From Clostridia bacterium (GTDB lineage: Bacteria; Bacillota; Clostridia; DUPQ01), in the NCBI GenBank assembly GCA_016929655.1, contig JAFGIJ010000007.1, positions 1-52,851 of the forward strand: 52,851 bases of DNA. The letters are read 5' to 3'. Below the pieces are notes generated by a model. The model was not told the origin of the DNA, made no database searches, and saw nothing but the letters and a program-made list of their open reading frames with translations. Position numbers and translations under genes: made by a program. Shown piece after piece: positions 51,698-52,851 of this stretch (the first letter of the stretch is position 1; every line of letters starts with the position of its first letter).

Positions 51698-51760
51698 GGT
51701 CACGTTATCCGTCGGATCATGTGATCAAAACGTGCACGTTATCCGTCGGATGTCGTGACC
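51698..51760. repeat. doublet of ~29-bp palindromes with a 17-bp perfect direct repeat
   Basis: CACGTTATCCGTCGGAT at 51701 and 51735; outer arms GGTCACG/CGTGACC. Confidence 0.85.
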
Positions 51761-51764
51761 ACCT

Positions 51765-51791
51765 AAAAAAGCCGCCCGGGTGGGCGGCCTT
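51765..51791 (-). terminator. intrinsic terminator after trpB2
   Basis: Minus strand GCCGCCC-ACCC-GGGCGGC-TTTTTT. Confidence 0.8.
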
Positions 51792-51816
51792 CATTAAAGA
51801 GGGAAGAAGTTTTGGA

Positions 51817-52851
51817 TTATTTAATCTCTGGAATGCATTCAAACCCTTTTTTCAGCATTTCATCAGTGTAGTCGACATCAGTAAGTTTTCCACTGTTGTA
51901 TGCTTCGTATGCGGTAAGGTCAAAATGACCATGTCCACTGAGGCAGAACAGAATGGTTCTGTCATCACCTTTCTCCTTGGCCTCAAGGGCTTCATCAATT
52001 GCAGCTCTGATTGCGTGGGCAGATTCAGGTGCAGGTAGTATTCCTTCGGCTCTGGCAAACTGGATTGCAGCTTCAAATGTTTCCGTCTGATGAACAGCTT
52101 TTGCTTCTATGACACCATCATTCACCAGTTTACTGAGCAATGGGGAATCCCCATGGTACCTGAGCCCGCCGGCATGTATTCCCGGAGGCATGAAATCATG
52201 TCCAAGGGTGTACATCATTGTCAGCGGTGTGAATTTACCTGTGTCACCGAAATCATATGTGAACTTGCCTTTTGTCAGCGTAGGACAGGCCGTAGGTTCC
52301 ACAGCTGTAAATCTTGTGTTCTTTTTACCATCCAGCACTTCTTTTACAAATGGGAATGCTATTCCGGAATAGTTTGAACCGCCGCCGCAGCACCCGATTA
52401 CAACATCCGGATATTCTCCGATTTTTTCAAACTGTTTAATAGCTTCCTGACCGATTATGGTCTGGTGAAGTATTACGTGGTTCAAGACGCTTCCAAGTGC
52501 ATAGTTTGTGTCATCATGGGTTGCAGCATCTTCAACTGCTTCACTGATTGCTATACCCAGGCTTCCAAGATTGCCAGGATCTGCTTTCAATATTGCTCTT
52601 CCCGTATTGGTATCCATGCTTGGGCTTGGTGTAACCTTTGCTCCAAAGGTTTCCATTATTGATTTTCTGTAAGGTTTCTGGTCATAGCTTACACGCACCA
52701 TATAAACCTTGCACTCAATGCCAAACATCTGGGCTGCAATACTAAGTGCTGTACCCCACTGGCCTGCTCCTGTTTCGGTTGCTATTCTTGTAATGCCCTC
52801 GACTTTGTTGTAATAGACCTGGGGAATTGCCGTGTTAAGTTTGTGACTTCC
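51817..52851 (-). CDS. trpB: TrpB-like PLP enzyme (TrpB2), partial; 5' end beyond the right edge
   Basis: [46 protein letters not shown] and LSGHG. Confidence 0.92.
   Translation of the reverse strand, partial: GSHKLNTAIPQVYYNKVEGITRIATETGAGQWGTALSIAAQMFGIECKVYMVRVSYDQKPYRKSIMETFGAKVTPSPSMDTNTGRAILKADPGNLGSLGIAISEAVEDAATHDDTNYALGSVLNHVILHQTIIGQEAIKQFEKIGEYPDVVIGCCGGGSNYSGIAFPFVKEVLDGKKNTRFTAVEPTACPTLTKGKFTYDFGDTGKFTPLTMMYTLGHDFMPPGIHAGGLRYHGDSPLLSKLVNDGVIEAKAVHQTETFEAAIQFARAEGILPAPESAHAIRAAIDEALEAKEKGDDRTILFCLSGHGHFDLTAYEAYNSGKLTDVDYTDEMLKKGFECIPEIK

Overview
52.9 kb of gene-dense chromosome from an anaerobic Bacillota/Clostridia-like bacterium, inferred from the protein families, sigma-A-like promoters and a Gram-positive LexA box. 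From left to right: (1) 1-14160, a minus-strand purine/N-heterocycle catabolic operon (mocA, two three-subunit molybdenum hydroxylases, XdhC, an NTPase, an ECF-S-like membrane protein, dihydropyrimidinase-like and SsnA-like amidohydrolases, an atypical DHODH/PreA-like Fe-S flavoprotein, an XRE-cupin regulator and a truncated adenine deaminase) behind a structured leader. (2) Transketolase, an aldo/keto reductase and two divergent AAA_14-DUF4143 ATPases. (3) ilvN-ilvC-leuA-cimA without ilvB. (4) A frameshifted RelE/Gp49-XRE toxin-antitoxin pair, the AmmeMemoRadiSam pair, a Gfo oxidoreductase, PrsW, a URO-D-fold protein, class II RNR nrdJ, NusG-II/Gx genes and a third DUF4143 ATPase. (5) An OmpR/HAMP-kinase system with a secreted protein. 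(6) A URO-D-like/ROK/SIS/Eda/KdgK sugar cluster, followed by an 8x19-bp tandem array and a beta-propeller gene. (7) A LexA-controlled Y-family polymerase plus SRAP cassette, a MacB-like ABC transporter, a palindromic doublet and partial trpB2. I recognised no rRNA, tRNA, CRISPR array, transposase or integrase. Best leads: each of the three DUF4143 ATPase genes has its own degenerate periodic repeat at its promoter, the purine operon looks like a variant pathway, and the 19-bp array is unexplained. All calls are by eye, with no database searches.
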